Origin: Pseudomonadota bacterium
GTDB lineage: Bacteria > Desulfobacterota > Syntrophobacteria > Syntrophobacterales > Syntrophobacteraceae
Length of the DNA stretch: 64,000 nt
Direction of reading: 5' to 3'
Assembly (NCBI GenBank): GCA_023442755.1
Contig: JAEZXS010000244.1
Span: 1,801-65,800 of the forward strand
Shown here: positions 18,426 through 28,094 of the stretch, in pieces
Layout of the letters: every line of letters starts with the position of its first letter
Position numbering within the stretch: the stretch's first letter is position 1
Made by a program: the position numbers and the translations under genes
The notes under the pieces: model-generated
The model's database searches: none
Told to the model about the DNA's origin: nothing
The model's input: the letters and a program-made list of their open reading frames with translations, nothing else

Positions 18426-19049
18426 TTATGGAATACGAGTGAGCGACATGATCTCCTGCCTGCGGTAACAATCCAGCGTATGATCGTTCACCATTCCGGT
18501 GGCCTGCATGTGGGCATAGATTATCGTCGGTCCCACAAATGTGAAACCTTTTTGCGCCAAATCCCTGCTTATCGCCTCGGACAGGGGCGTCTTCGCCGGA
18601 AACTCCTCCAGGCTGCGAAAACTGTTTACGATCGGTGTATTCTCGACAAAGCTCCAGATATAGCTGTCAAAGCTGCCGAATGTCCGCTGAACTTCCATGA
18701 ATTTTGCCGCATTGTTGATCGCTGCGAGAACTTTGGCGCGGTTGCGGATAATCCCGGGATTGCCGAGAAGTTCCAGGACCTTTCGCTCGTCGTAGCGGGC
18801 CACCCTGGCAGGATCGAAATTATCGAAGGCCCCCCGGAAAGTTTCGCGCCTTTTGAGGATGGTGTACCAGCTCAATCCGGCCTGGAATGCTTCCAGGATG
18901 AGAAACTCGAAAAGCAGGCGGTCGTCATGAACGGGGACGCCCCATTCCGTGTCGTGGTATTTCACATAATCGGGCTTGCTCAGATCCACCCAGGGACATC
19001 TGGTCTCAGGAATACACATCTGGCTGTCCGCTCCGGTTTTGAAAGTCAT
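18426..19049 (-). CDS. tag: DNA-3-methyladenine glycosylase I
   Basis: RCPW...YHDTEWGVPVHDD...LILEAFQAGLSW...GIIRNRAKV. The start is at 19049 or 19019; the longer ORF-track start has no support. Confidence 0.85.
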   Translation of the reverse strand: MTFKTGADSQMCIPETRCPWVDLSKPDYVKYHDTEWGVPVHDDRLLFEFLILEAFQAGLSWYTILKRRETFRGAFDNFDPARVARYDERKVLELLGNPGIIRNRAKVLAAINNAAKFMEVQRTFGSFDSYIWSFVENTPIVNSFRSLEEFPAKTPLSEAISRDLAQKGFTFVGPTIIYAHMQATGMVNDHTLDCYRRQEIMSLTRIP

Positions 19050-19273
19050 CGCACAGGCTCCAGCCGCATTCCTCCCCTTCCTTTCGGAAAACGAAATTGG
19101 AAGCGGATTCACTTCCACGGGGTTCAAAAAGGAGCGGCGGATAATTTGAATGTTACCACGACGGGCCTGCTGCGGCACTTCAATTTGTCGATGCGCAGGC
19201 TTCTCCCGGACGACTTTAACGGGTTGGGGCAGCAAAATCGAGAGTGCTTAAAATCAAGTAATAGGAGTAATCT

Positions 19274-19654
19274 ATGTTCAAGCGGATCGATCACGTGGAA
19301 ATCGTTTCTGGAAATATACAAAGGTCAATCGACTTTTATACCGGGATTTTGAATTTCAAGATTAAAGCCAGGGAAAAGACCGATGCGCCGCAGATCGAAG
19401 AGATCGTTTACCTGGAACTCGGTAATACGGTCATAGAGCTTTTGTCGGTCAAAAATCCGCGTCCCGCATCCAAAGAGCAATGGCAGATCGGTTATCGTTT
19501 GATTGCCCTCGAAGTGGAAGATATGGATAGCGCGATTAAATATCTGAAGGGCAAGGGGGTTGAAATAACGTGGGGGCCTGCCATTCTCGGAAACTCAAAA
19601 AGAGCCGAGATCCGGGATCCTGATGGGCTCGGAATAGAGCTGAGGCAGTGGTAA
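19274..19654 (+). CDS. VOC (glyoxalase/bleomycin-resistance/dioxygenase) family protein
   Basis: IDHVEIVSGNIQRSIDFY...GYRLIALEVEDMDSAIKYLKGKG...AEIRDPDGLGIEL. AGGAG lies before the ATG. Confidence 0.75.
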   Translation: MFKRIDHVEIVSGNIQRSIDFYTGILNFKIKAREKTDAPQIEEIVYLELGNTVIELLSVKNPRPASKEQWQIGYRLIALEVEDMDSAIKYLKGKGVEITWGPAILGNSKRAEIRDPDGLGIELRQW

Positions 19655-19740
19655 TTTGAGTTCGGTTGTATTCCATGAAAGCAGGATCAAATGGGCTATT
19701 TATAACAACATAAACAGGAATGGAGGTTGGAAAAAGTGGA

Positions 19741-19985
19741 TCACATCTGTGAAAGGAGCCGCTCATATTCAGCATGGGAGCCGATCCAGAACCAGATGAA
19801 GATTCCATCATCTTTCACGCACAGGGCACGCCAACCGAGACTTACGCGTACAGAGTCTTGAACTGGAGGGAAGGATGTTGAGGGTCTTTCGTCCAAAGTC
19901 TATGAACTTCCCTTGCCTTATCCTTCACATCGGATGGAAGACGTTCAAAGGCTTTCCAAAATCTGCTTGAAGCCCTGCTGATCAC
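19741..19985 (-). pseudogene. ParE/RelE-like toxin gene disrupted by an internal deletion and frameshift
   Basis: GTG at 19985 overlaps the antitoxin stop (GTGA). Frame 1 reads VISRASSRFWKAFERLPSDVKDKAREVHRLWTKDPQHPSLQFKTLYA, then stop at 19844-19842. The +2 frame continues SVRVSLGWRALCVKDDGIFIWFWIGSHAEYERLLSQM, with stop at 19743-19741. Confidence 0.6.
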
Positions 19986-20197
19986 AATACCTCTTTCATC
20001 GGGCGGGTTCCCTCCCTCCTGTTCTCTGCAATCGCTTCAGCAGCCATATCAGCCAGTTTGTCCTGTGAACCGGCAAATGCTTTGTCCCATCGCTTTTCAT
20101 CCTCGATTTCGGCGAGAATGAACTTTGCGATAGCATCTTGGCGGTCAGCGGGAAGCGAGGATGCTGCATCAAAAGCTTTTTTCAAAAGCGAGGTCAT
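19982..20197 (-). CDS. Type II antitoxin-like protein (71 aa), intact
   Basis: MTSLLKKAFDAASSLPADRQDAIAKFILAEIEDEKRWDKAFAGSQDKLADMAAEAI resembles antitoxins that pair with ParE/RelE-type toxins. It has a 4-nt overlap with the toxin remnant. Confidence 0.55.
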   Translation of the reverse strand: MTSLLKKAFDAASSLPADRQDAIAKFILAEIEDEKRWDKAFAGSQDKLADMAAEAIAENRREGTRPMKEVL

Positions 20198-20404
20198 TCA
20201 GTTTCTCCCTTTTCTGAATTCTTTCTAAATCTATAACATATGCGAAAAATTTCAAACAACTCAAGATGGTCCGATACCGGTTCAAATGTGGAAGTCCCCT
20301 TCGTCCCTCCCCAATGGTTTCAATCACGGAATAGCCTGATTATGAAAGCGAGGAACAGGCGCGAGTGTCGCATGGCAAGTTCATTGGGAATTTTTCAATC
20401 AGTT

Positions 20405-21088
20405 CTATAAGGCATCCTTGCGCGTATGGATGTACAGAAGACTTCCGTCCTTGATCTTATAAATTACCTCCGGCGCCGCTTCCTTGGGCAGCGCGGGGCA
20501 ACCCTGGCTCCGGCCAAGTCTCCAGTGATTGCTGACTATCGATTTCGGACTCGAGTACCAGGCGCCGTGCATCACGATTCTGCGGATAAAGGCGTTGTCG
20601 TTTACGCCTTTTTCGAGGCCGTGAAGTTCGAGGGTCGGGCCGAGTCTTCCACAATAGACGTTGCCGGTCTTGAAAAAACCCTTTGCGCTTTGCAAGGACC
20701 CGGGCGAGTTGGAAAATCGGGTAGCGTATGTCCAGCCGGAATTCTTGCCATGGGAGACAAAATATTTCCGGACCGAACCCGATTCACTGTCGATCAGGAA
20801 CAGGCGCTTTTTGAACGAAGGCCTGGTGTAGTCGATGATGGTGATGTACCTTCGGTTGCTGAACTCGGCACTGTGAAGATCCAGATACCGAAGGGCGGTC
20901 CTGTAGGCCTCGCTGGTTAATATACTATCAGCTGCCGGTTGGGGGGGAGGCGGAGGAACGGGCTCGAAAGTTACATTCACGCAACGGTCTTGGCCCGGCT
21001 CCGGCAAAGGCACGGAGGAACACTGAACCAGGACGAGGAATTCAGCGGCAACCAGGGCAAAAATAAGTGCTCTGAAACTTCCATTCAT
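20405..21088 (-). CDS. L,D-transpeptidase catalytic-domain family protein (YkuD_2-like)
   Basis: FVSHGKNSG...FSNSPGSLQSAKGFFKTG...LELHGLEKGVNDNA..RRIVMHGAWY...GRSQGCPAL. The start is uncertain: the signal-like segment begins at M 21088, while the ORF extends to 21160. Confidence 0.75.
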   Translation of the reverse strand: MNGSFRALIFALVAAEFLVLVQCSSVPLPEPGQDRCVNVTFEPVPPPPPQPAADSILTSEAYRTALRYLDLHSAEFSNRRYITIIDYTRPSFKKRLFLIDSESGSVRKYFVSHGKNSGWTYATRFSNSPGSLQSAKGFFKTGNVYCGRLGPTLELHGLEKGVNDNAFIRRIVMHGAWYSSPKSIVSNHWRLGRSQGCPALPKEAAPEVIYKIKDGSLLYIHTRKDAL

Positions 21089-21433
21089 TTGCCGCAATTT
21101 CAGAAAGCATCGGCCCACGTAATTCTCTGACTCATAAGGAGAGAAACCGGTCATGTTCAAGACTATTCTTACTCCCTGATGGGAATTCCCCGTGATGCCT
21201 CCTCGGTAATCTCCAACATTGGGACGGGTTTGACCGGGGCGCTGTTACCCCTTATATCATGTTTAAATGCCTGCCCCCAGCATTGTATTTTAATTGCTTG
21301 TAAATATCTCTTTAGTCTATTTTCACCTTGCATGAGAAATCCAGTAAACGAATTAAGAGGTGAGCTGGCCGACGCTGTCGACCGGTTCTGATGGTGTAAA
21401 GGTCGAAACGTATATAAAGCTGAAAGGTGATTG

Positions 21434-22141
21434 ATGGAAGGGCGGAATACTCTTTATTTGTGTGCACCTGTAAATGCTTTGGTCGAGGGTATCTATGAAC
21501 AGAATATCCCGTTCGGCGAAGTGAGAAAGTACGGCGACTTCGGCCTCGGGACGTTTGACTGCCTCGACGGCGAGATGGTCATGCTCGACGGGACCGTGTA
21601 CCAGATCGCATCGGACGGCCGGGTTCGACGGATCGAGGGCGAGGCGGGGACCCCTTTCAGCTGCGTCACCTTCTACCAGCCGTTCAGCCATGAAGATTTG
21701 AACGCCCACATGGCTTACGACGAATTCCTCGCATGGCTCCAAAGCCTGCTGCCCTCTCCGAACCTGTGCTACGCGCTGAGAATTGAAGGCATATTCGACT
21801 CCGTTGCCGTGCGCTCGGTGCCGAAACAGGAGAGCTACCGGCCTCTTGTGGAAGTCGCCGCGGAGCAGCCCGTATTCCGGTTCTCGAAAATCGAAGGGAC
21901 ACTGGCGGGTTTTTTCACCCCTTCGTTCCTGGGATCGCTGAACGTGCCCGGCCTGCACCTCCATTTTCTTTCCGCGGACTTGAACCATGGCGGGCATCTT
22001 CTGACCTGCGAGCCCTCCCGGGTACGTGTGGGAGTGCAGATACTCAGCCGCGTGGAGCTGGCCTTGCCCATGAGCCTCGATTATCTCACGTGGGACTTCA
22101 GGCGCGACACCGAGCGGGACCTGCACAAAGCGGAAAAGTGA
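21434..22141 (+). CDS. alsD: Alpha-acetolactate decarboxylase
   Basis: LYLCAPVNALVEGIYEQNIPFGEVRKYGDFGLGTFDCLDGEMVMLDGTVYQI is a typical AlsD/BudA N-terminus, and the length is as expected. Confidence 0.85.
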   Translation: MEGRNTLYLCAPVNALVEGIYEQNIPFGEVRKYGDFGLGTFDCLDGEMVMLDGTVYQIASDGRVRRIEGEAGTPFSCVTFYQPFSHEDLNAHMAYDEFLAWLQSLLPSPNLCYALRIEGIFDSVAVRSVPKQESYRPLVEVAAEQPVFRFSKIEGTLAGFFTPSFLGSLNVPGLHLHFLSADLNHGGHLLTCEPSRVRVGVQILSRVELALPMSLDYLTWDFRRDTERDLHKAEK

Positions 22142-22344
22142 TTTGGCGCCGCCATGCCTTGAACAAGGGAGGCTAACCTTGGAATAAGGGAACTGACCTC
22201 TGAAATCTTTGGTCTTTGATCGGGAGAAGCCGGAGAGCGGATCGGTGAGGACCAGCGCCTGCGGGAGGGAGACGGAAGATCGGAAGTTAAAGGCTTCGCC
22301 TCCCGATCTCCCATCATCCGACAAATTGCATTCACAGTATCCGG

Positions 22345-22590
22345 CTAATAATTGCAGATTTTGCACTGGGAATAGGGGCCGCAGCATTCATCCTTGAATG
22401 CTTTGGTGGGACTGAACTCCGCCGAGCCGAGAATCATGTTGACCGGAACTATTTTCCCGACCTTGGCCGTTATGCCCGGCTTCGTGGCTTCGGCCGGCGC
22501 CGGCGTTGACGCCGGGGCCTTGGCCGTCACGCCAGACAAGGCTATCGCAGCCGATACGGCGACTGTTGCAAGCATTTCCTTCTTCTTCAT
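22345..22590 (-). CDS. Small Cys-rich protein with a signal-peptide-like N-terminus; candidate substrate of the adjacent radical SAM enzyme
   Basis: GGGAGGTGA lies 7 nt before the ATG at 22590. Product: MKKKEMLATVAVSAAIALSGVTAKA/PASTPAPAEATKPGITAKVGKIVPVNMILGSAEFSPTKAFKDECCGPYSQCKICNY. It starts 24 nt after the rSAM stop. Confidence 0.6.
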   Translation of the reverse strand: MKKKEMLATVAVSAAIALSGVTAKAPASTPAPAEATKPGITAKVGKIVPVNMILGSAEFSPTKAFKDECCGPYSQCKICNY

Positions 22591-22614
22591 CGTGCTCACC
22601 TCCCTTCCGTTCTG

Positions 22615-23994
22615 TCAGTTATCACCGTCCTTTTTCACCTGCTGTTCCAGGAAAAAGGCCTTCAAGGTCTGGGCGATGAATTCCTTGTTTTGATGGCAGT
22701 AGGACTTGAAGATGGAACCCTTGTGGAGCCTTGCGTGGCAGGGACATCCGCCGCCGCAGTAAAGCGCTGCCGAACACCCAAGGCATTCGGGGACTCGAAG
22801 GAGATGGCGCCTCGAGTACTTTTCCTGCAAGGCGAAAAACTTCACCTTTCCGCCGGAGAAAGTGCCTATACGCAGATGTTTGTGGCCGGCTTCCTCGTAG
22901 CACTGGTAGATATCGCCCAGCGGGTCGATTACATAGAAAATTTCGGTGCCCAGTCCGCAGTGCCTCACCCTGGGAAGCATCCTTTCCGTCTGCATCCGGA
23001 GAAAGCCCTTCATGATATCGTAGTTGGAAGGAGGGCGGTGCGTCCGGGCGGCAACCGTCTGAAAGAGGCCGCGAAACAAGGCCATGTCCTCGCTGGAGCT
23101 GGTCTCGCAGGTAAACGTGTTGAGAGGGGCAAAATAGACGCCGACCTGTGGATGCCCGAGTATCTTTTCCTCCTCGAGGTACTCGACGAGCTTCCGTGAG
23201 GATTCCAGGCCGCCGGGATGTACGTGCATGCGGATTACCACGTGCGCCTTCGCCTGGATTATGCGGCGGACGGCGGAGATCATGGCTTCGAAGGTGGGTT
23301 TGCCCGACCGCGGCACCCTGTTTTTATCGTGAAGCTGCGGGTCTCCGTCCAGGGTCACCTGGATGCTTTGAATCTTTCCTTTTTCCGGGCCGATCAAATC
23401 CGTCATTTCCGGCAGCGTGGTAGCATTGGTCGCAACGGATACCCTGATCTTCGGGTGCTTCGCCGTGTAGGCGAGAATCCGTGAAATCGCCTCCCTGTTT
23501 CCGGGAAGCAGAGGTTCTCCGCCAAAAAGGGTGAAAGTGAAGTCCTTGGGAATCTTGGGAAAAAGCTGGGGAAGGTATGTGGAAAAAAGGCCGTCCACAA
23601 ATTCCGGGCTCATGGGCGCCGGCGCCTTGAAGCCCTCGCCCAGGGATTTCTGGTAGCAATAACTGCAGGAGAGATTGCAGCTATACGTCATGATGAAGCT
23701 GAGATTGCCCGATGCGCGCTTCTTATCGGACTTGTTGTTCTTTTCGAGAATGAGCTGGACGAGCTTTTTGAACTCCTCGAGTTCACGTTTGGGAGTCAGG
23801 GCAGTGAGATACCCGCGTTTTACGAGGTGCTCCATTTCTTCCGGCGAAAGAAAAGACAGATCGGCGCCATCGGCCAAAAGATCAGCATATTTGGTCGGAA
23901 CGAGATCGATGCACTGCGTCGATCCGCTGTACAGCAGCGAAGTCCCGTCTCCGATTTCGACATGGTTGAAGTAGTTGCTGGTTCGCAGCTTCAT
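22615..23994 (-). CDS. Radical SAM enzyme with a C-terminal SPASM domain (peptide-maturase-like)
   Basis: CNLSCSYC (CxxxCxxC). SPASM pattern RHCGLG...GDIYQC...CLGCSAALYCGGGCPC...C. N-terminus MKLRTSNYFNHVEIGDGTSLLYSG is typical of rSAM peptide maturases. I chose the start at M42 of the tracked ORF. Confidence 0.8.
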   Translation of the reverse strand: MKLRTSNYFNHVEIGDGTSLLYSGSTQCIDLVPTKYADLLADGADLSFLSPEEMEHLVKRGYLTALTPKRELEEFKKLVQLILEKNNKSDKKRASGNLSFIMTYSCNLSCSYCYQKSLGEGFKAPAPMSPEFVDGLFSTYLPQLFPKIPKDFTFTLFGGEPLLPGNREAISRILAYTAKHPKIRVSVATNATTLPEMTDLIGPEKGKIQSIQVTLDGDPQLHDKNRVPRSGKPTFEAMISAVRRIIQAKAHVVIRMHVHPGGLESSRKLVEYLEEEKILGHPQVGVYFAPLNTFTCETSSSEDMALFRGLFQTVAARTHRPPSNYDIMKGFLRMQTERMLPRVRHCGLGTEIFYVIDPLGDIYQCYEEAGHKHLRIGTFSGGKVKFFALQEKYSRRHLLRVPECLGCSAALYCGGGCPCHARLHKGSIFKSYCHQNKEFIAQTLKAFFLEQQVKKDGDN

Positions 23995-24380
23995 CCGGAT
24001 TATTTGTGCCTCGATGTCGTGCGTTGATCTTTCCCCGGCCGGGAAACTGCCGGGGCAAAAGCATTGTCTGTCGAACCCGCAGGCGTCTCGAAAAGCAGCA
24101 TCAGATGCAGGCGCCAAAGAGAAGAGATCGTCAGGCGGCCTCGATCGGACCGGCTCGCATGTGTCGATTGAACTTGGAATGGTGTTCGACTATACCACGA
24201 ATCCAATCCGAGTAGAACGATTCTCGTGCCCCGGCTCCCGGCTATAGATGGATATCGGGTTACAATGCCCTGCCGTTGCGGCGGTCGAATTCGATTGCGA
24301 AATACAGGCATCCTGCTACCCTGCGTGACTGCAGCAGGCTGATATATCAGACATATCTTGGAAACAGGGGGGATAATCCT

Positions 24381-25931
24381 ATGAGGACGGGCGCTTTCAG
24401 CCTTGTTGAAACCGCTATGCGTGCGGGCGTGGAAGTGTGCTTCGCAAATCCCGGTACGACCGAAATGCCTCTTGTCATGGCGTTGGACAGCGTGCCCGGA
24501 ATGCGTGTCGTACTCGGACTGTTCGAAGGCGTTTGCACCGGCGCGGCCGACGGGTGGGCGCGTATGACGGGCAGGCCTGCTGCGACGCTTCTGCATCTCG
24601 GGCCAGGTTTTGCCAACGGGATTGCAAACCTGCATAACGCTCGGCGCGCCAGGACACCCGTCGTCAACTGGATCGGCAATCACGCCACGCGGCACATTGC
24701 GCTGGATGCCCCGCTCACCTCGGACATCGCGGCGCTCGCCGGCTCCGTCGGGTGGACGCGCTCCGTCGAATCGGCGGGCGAAATGGCAGAGGCAAGCCTT
24801 GCTGCAGTGGAAGCGGCTCTCGGACCTCCGGGGCGCGTGGCGTCCCTGATCCTTCCCGCCGACTGCCAGTGGGAAGAGGGCCCCGAGCCGCTCTCCGTTG
24901 TTCCGTCGCCCTCGGCGCCGGATATCCCGAACCAGGCTCCCCGGGAGGCGGCCCGTTTGCTGGCAAAGCCAGGCGGGGGGATTCTGATCGGGGGAAATGC
25001 CCTTACGGAGCGGGGTCTGAAGGCCGCGGCGCGGGTGGCGGCTGCAACAAATTGCGGCGTCTGGATCGAGACCTTCCCGTCGCGCATCGAGCGCGGCCGT
25101 CACGTACCGGGCTTTCCCCTCCTGCCCTATTTCCCGGAACAGGCCCTCGAAGCGCTTAAGGACATTTCGGCTCTTGTGCTTGTTGGAGCGCGCGAACCGG
25201 TCGGCTTCTTCGCCTATCCGGATCAGCCCTCCCGGTTCGCACCGGCTGGCGCGGCACTGTATACGCTTGCGGACCCCGATGCGGGCGTTGACGCAACGCT
25301 CGCTCTCGAAGCGCTCGCAGATGAATTGAATGCGCCGGCGGCTACCATTGCCCCGCAACCCGGGCAGGCGTTCGCGCCCGGCGGACAGGCGCTCGATCCC
25401 GACATCTGGGGACGAACGATGGCCGCGTTCATCCCGGAAAATGCGATCGTGGTAAACGAGGCGGTTACGACCGGCCTTTACTGGAGTGCGGTACATTCCC
25501 GCAACGCCGCTCCGCATACCATGCTCTGGATCACGGGCGGTGCGATCGGACAGGGGCTGCCCAACGCGCTCGGAGCGGCGCTGGCATGCCCCGACCGGCG
25601 CGTGATCGCGCTGCAGGCGGACGGGAGCGGGCTTTATACGCTGCAGGCGCTCTGGTCGATGGCTCGCGAGGGGGCGGATGTGATCGTGGTGGTTTGCGCG
25701 AACCGCCGCTACCGCATCCTGCAGGCCGAGCTTGCACGAATTACCGAGAAACCCGGCCCAAAGGCGCAGTACCTGACGGATCTCTCCGGGCCGGCGATAG
25801 ACTGGGCCGCCCTGGCAAAAGGGTTTGGCGTTCCGGGCTGCACCGTCCACACCGATGCCGCCCTGGCCGATGCGCTCACCCGCGCCCTGGCCGACCGCGG
25901 CCCGAGCCTTATCGAAGCGGTACTGGCCTGA
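24381..25931 (+). CDS. Thiamine-pyrophosphate enzyme, acetolactate synthase large-subunit-like
   Basis: VEVCFANPGTTEMPLV...GPGFANGIANLHNARRARTPVV. AGGGGGG lies before the ATG at 24381. No small subunit is adjacent. Confidence 0.75.
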   Translation: MRTGAFSLVETAMRAGVEVCFANPGTTEMPLVMALDSVPGMRVVLGLFEGVCTGAADGWARMTGRPAATLLHLGPGFANGIANLHNARRARTPVVNWIGNHATRHIALDAPLTSDIAALAGSVGWTRSVESAGEMAEASLAAVEAALGPPGRVASLILPADCQWEEGPEPLSVVPSPSAPDIPNQAPREAARLLAKPGGGILIGGNALTERGLKAAARVAAATNCGVWIETFPSRIERGRHVPGFPLLPYFPEQALEALKDISALVLVGAREPVGFFAYPDQPSRFAPAGAALYTLADPDAGVDATLALEALADELNAPAATIAPQPGQAFAPGGQALDPDIWGRTMAAFIPENAIVVNEAVTTGLYWSAVHSRNAAPHTMLWITGGAIGQGLPNALGAALACPDRRVIALQADGSGLYTLQALWSMAREGADVIVVVCANRRYRILQAELARITEKPGPKAQYLTDLSGPAIDWAALAKGFGVPGCTVHTDAALADALTRALADRGPSLIEAVLA

Positions 25932-25946
25932 CGGCTGGAAAGGGTT

Positions 25947-26519
25947 TTACCCGAATAGGCGGAGCCAGAAGAGCCGGACGAACGGTCCCGCGATGAAGTA
26001 GAAGGAGGTGGCGGCTGCGGGAATTTCAATGGCTGCGGCCGCCAGCATCAGGCGGCGATATTTTCCGGCCGGTGCGAAAAAACAGCAGAAAAGGAAAATA
26101 AAGAGGAACACGGGAGCCGGGTATATCCGGAGAATGCCGACAAGCGCCAGATCGCGCCAGCCATGCTGCATGTTTTGAGCGGTGAAAAAGGCATTCAGGA
26201 TCAGGCCGGCGAGGCCGGTGAGGGCGAGCGGCAGAGCTGCGATGGAGAGCAAGGACCAGAACTTTCCCGCGCGCCGCAGAAAGAACAGCGCCGCTCCAGT
26301 CGCAACAAGCGCCAGGGGACCGAACACGATGGAGAAGGTGATAAGGTCGCCCCACGCGTACATTCCCCCCGAAGTATCCACATGGTTTCGCTGGAATGCA
26401 AGTTCCCGAACCCAGCATACCGCCAGGGCTGCGATGAGGGCGATCGCGTAGCCGCTTAGAACCAGAGTGAGTTTAAGCACTCGCCCCCTGGGGGCGCCGG
26501 TAACGGGAAGATCGAACAT
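25947..26519 (-). CDS. Hypothetical integral membrane protein (about 6 TM)
   Basis: Hydrophobic segment pattern. No family recognised. Confidence 0.45.
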   Translation of the reverse strand: MFDLPVTGAPRGRVLKLTLVLSGYAIALIAALAVCWVRELAFQRNHVDTSGGMYAWGDLITFSIVFGPLALVATGAALFFLRRAGKFWSLLSIAALPLALTGLAGLILNAFFTAQNMQHGWRDLALVGILRIYPAPVFLFIFLFCCFFAPAGKYRRLMLAAAAIEIPAAATSFYFIAGPFVRLFWLRLFG

Positions 26520-26561
26520 AGCCGGTGACCTTTCAACTCAAGGGATGCAATGCCGATAATA

Positions 26562-28094
26562 CTATTCTTTCCCTATTCGGTTCGGTTGAGCAAGGCCGGG
26601 CAACTCACCATTGGATGGAAGCAAGGCTCTCGTCTGACTATTTTTCCCTCCATCCCCATGACTGCCGACGAGAACGGTAAGGCTTGAGACAAACTTTTTT
26701 AATTTTTCGGCCTCTGCGTTCATTTGTTTGGATACCTGGGCAGATGCTTCGGCACTCGATGCGCTCTGCTGCGTGACTTTATCCATCTCTCCTGCTGCCT
26801 GGCTAAGCTGTTCAATCCCTTTGGCCTGCTCCTGGGAGGCGGCCGCGATCTCGCCGACCAGTTCTCCGGACTTGATCACGCTGGAAGCAACCTGCAGAAA
26901 ATCATCGTTCGTCTTTTCAACCAGTCCGAATCCTTCCTTGATTTTCTTCACGGTCCCCTCAATTAGCCCTGCCGTGTTTTTCGCCGCCTCCGCCGCCCTC
27001 ATCGCCAGATTGCGCACTTCATCGGCTACGACCGCGAATCCGGCGCCGGCTTCGCCTGCGCGCGCCGCTTCCACTGCAGCGTTTAGCGCCAGCAGATTGG
27101 TCTGGAAGGAAATTTCGTCTATGGTCCTTATAATCTTTTGCGTTTCCTCGGACGCTTTCGAGATCTCTCCCATGGACAGTGTGAGATTGTGCATCGATTC
27201 GTTGGCCTTCTCGACGACTTTGCCGGCCTCGGTCATAAGCTGGTTGGCATGTGTGGCGTTGGCTGCGTTCTGCTTTGTAATGGAGGACATTTCCTCGAGT
27301 GAAGCGGAAGTCTCCTCAATGGATGCGGCCTGTCCCGATGCGCTTTCGGCAAAATGCCTGCTCGTCGAAGAAAGATGGCCCGAAGCATTGGCCAGTTCTT
27401 CGGCTCCGCCGGTGAGCCCCGTCACTATCTTGCGTAAAATTCCCGTGGTGGAGCGGGTGATGATCCAGGCAACGATTACGCTTGTCAGGATGATAAGAAT
27501 TCCCGATGCAAGGACCACTATCCGCATAAACTGGCTGCGTGAGGCGACCTCATCCAGGCTGCCGTGCAGTTCCTTTGTCTGCTGTTCCAGAAAAGGGTCA
27601 ATTTCCTCCGCGAGTCTATCCGCAACCTTGTCGAAGGCCGGCATCTTCTTATTGCCTCCCGCCGGACCTTCGTCAATGTAGGCTTTTGCCATTGTTTTGC
27701 CCTGACTGTAGTATTCTTCGAACGCTTTTTCCAATGCATCCAGCTTTTGCATCTGCGCGCGGTTGTCCTGCCTCTCATATATCTTCCGGAATTTGTTCAG
27801 GTTGGTCTTGAAGGCCCGGCTGTTCTCCTCGGCTTTTTTAAATCCGTCATCCAGGCCGTCCTGCGCCCTGGTTGCGGATACATCGGACAGGAACTGCTGA
27901 ACCTGGACGATGTCCAGCTTCATCTCGTAAGCGACCTCGGCAAGCGAGGAATTGCCCTGATCCCTTACTTCGAAGGACCTATCCCTGAGTCCGCCTATCA
28001 TGATGAAAATAACTGTACCCAGGCAGAGAGTGATCGCGAACGGCAGGCTGAAACCAACCAAGATTCTCTGCCCTAATGTTGCACCCTTGAACAT
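26562..28094 (-). CDS. Methyl-accepting chemotaxis protein
   Basis: Signalling hairpin [38 protein letters not shown], an N-terminal TM, a 4-helix sensor and HAMP. I chose the start MFKGAT, preceded by GGAGGG. Confidence 0.85.
   Translation of the reverse strand: MFKGATLGQRILVGFSLPFAITLCLGTVIFIMIGGLRDRSFEVRDQGNSSLAEVAYEMKLDIVQVQQFLSDVSATRAQDGLDDGFKKAEENSRAFKTNLNKFRKIYERQDNRAQMQKLDALEKAFEEYYSQGKTMAKAYIDEGPAGGNKKMPAFDKVADRLAEEIDPFLEQQTKELHGSLDEVASRSQFMRIVVLASGILIILTSVIVAWIITRSTTGILRKIVTGLTGGAEELANASGHLSSTSRHFAESASGQAASIEETSASLEEMSSITKQNAANATHANQLMTEAGKVVEKANESMHNLTLSMGEISKASEETQKIIRTIDEISFQTNLLALNAAVEAARAGEAGAGFAVVADEVRNLAMRAAEAAKNTAGLIEGTVKKIKEGFGLVEKTNDDFLQVASSVIKSGELVGEIAAASQEQAKGIEQLSQAAGEMDKVTQQSASSAEASAQVSKQMNAEAEKLKKFVSSLTVLVGSHGDGGKNSQTRALLPSNGELPGLAQPNRIGKE

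Noticed and set aside
22142-22344. Imperfect hairpin GGAAGATCGG...CCGATCTCCC between alsD and the peptide gene as a terminator
   Set aside because: It has a mismatch in the stem, an 18-nt loop and no U-tract, which is too weak to call.
24000-25850. 616-aa ORF on the minus strand
   Set aside because: It is antisense to the TPP enzyme gene and has Arg/Pro/Gly-rich shadow composition.
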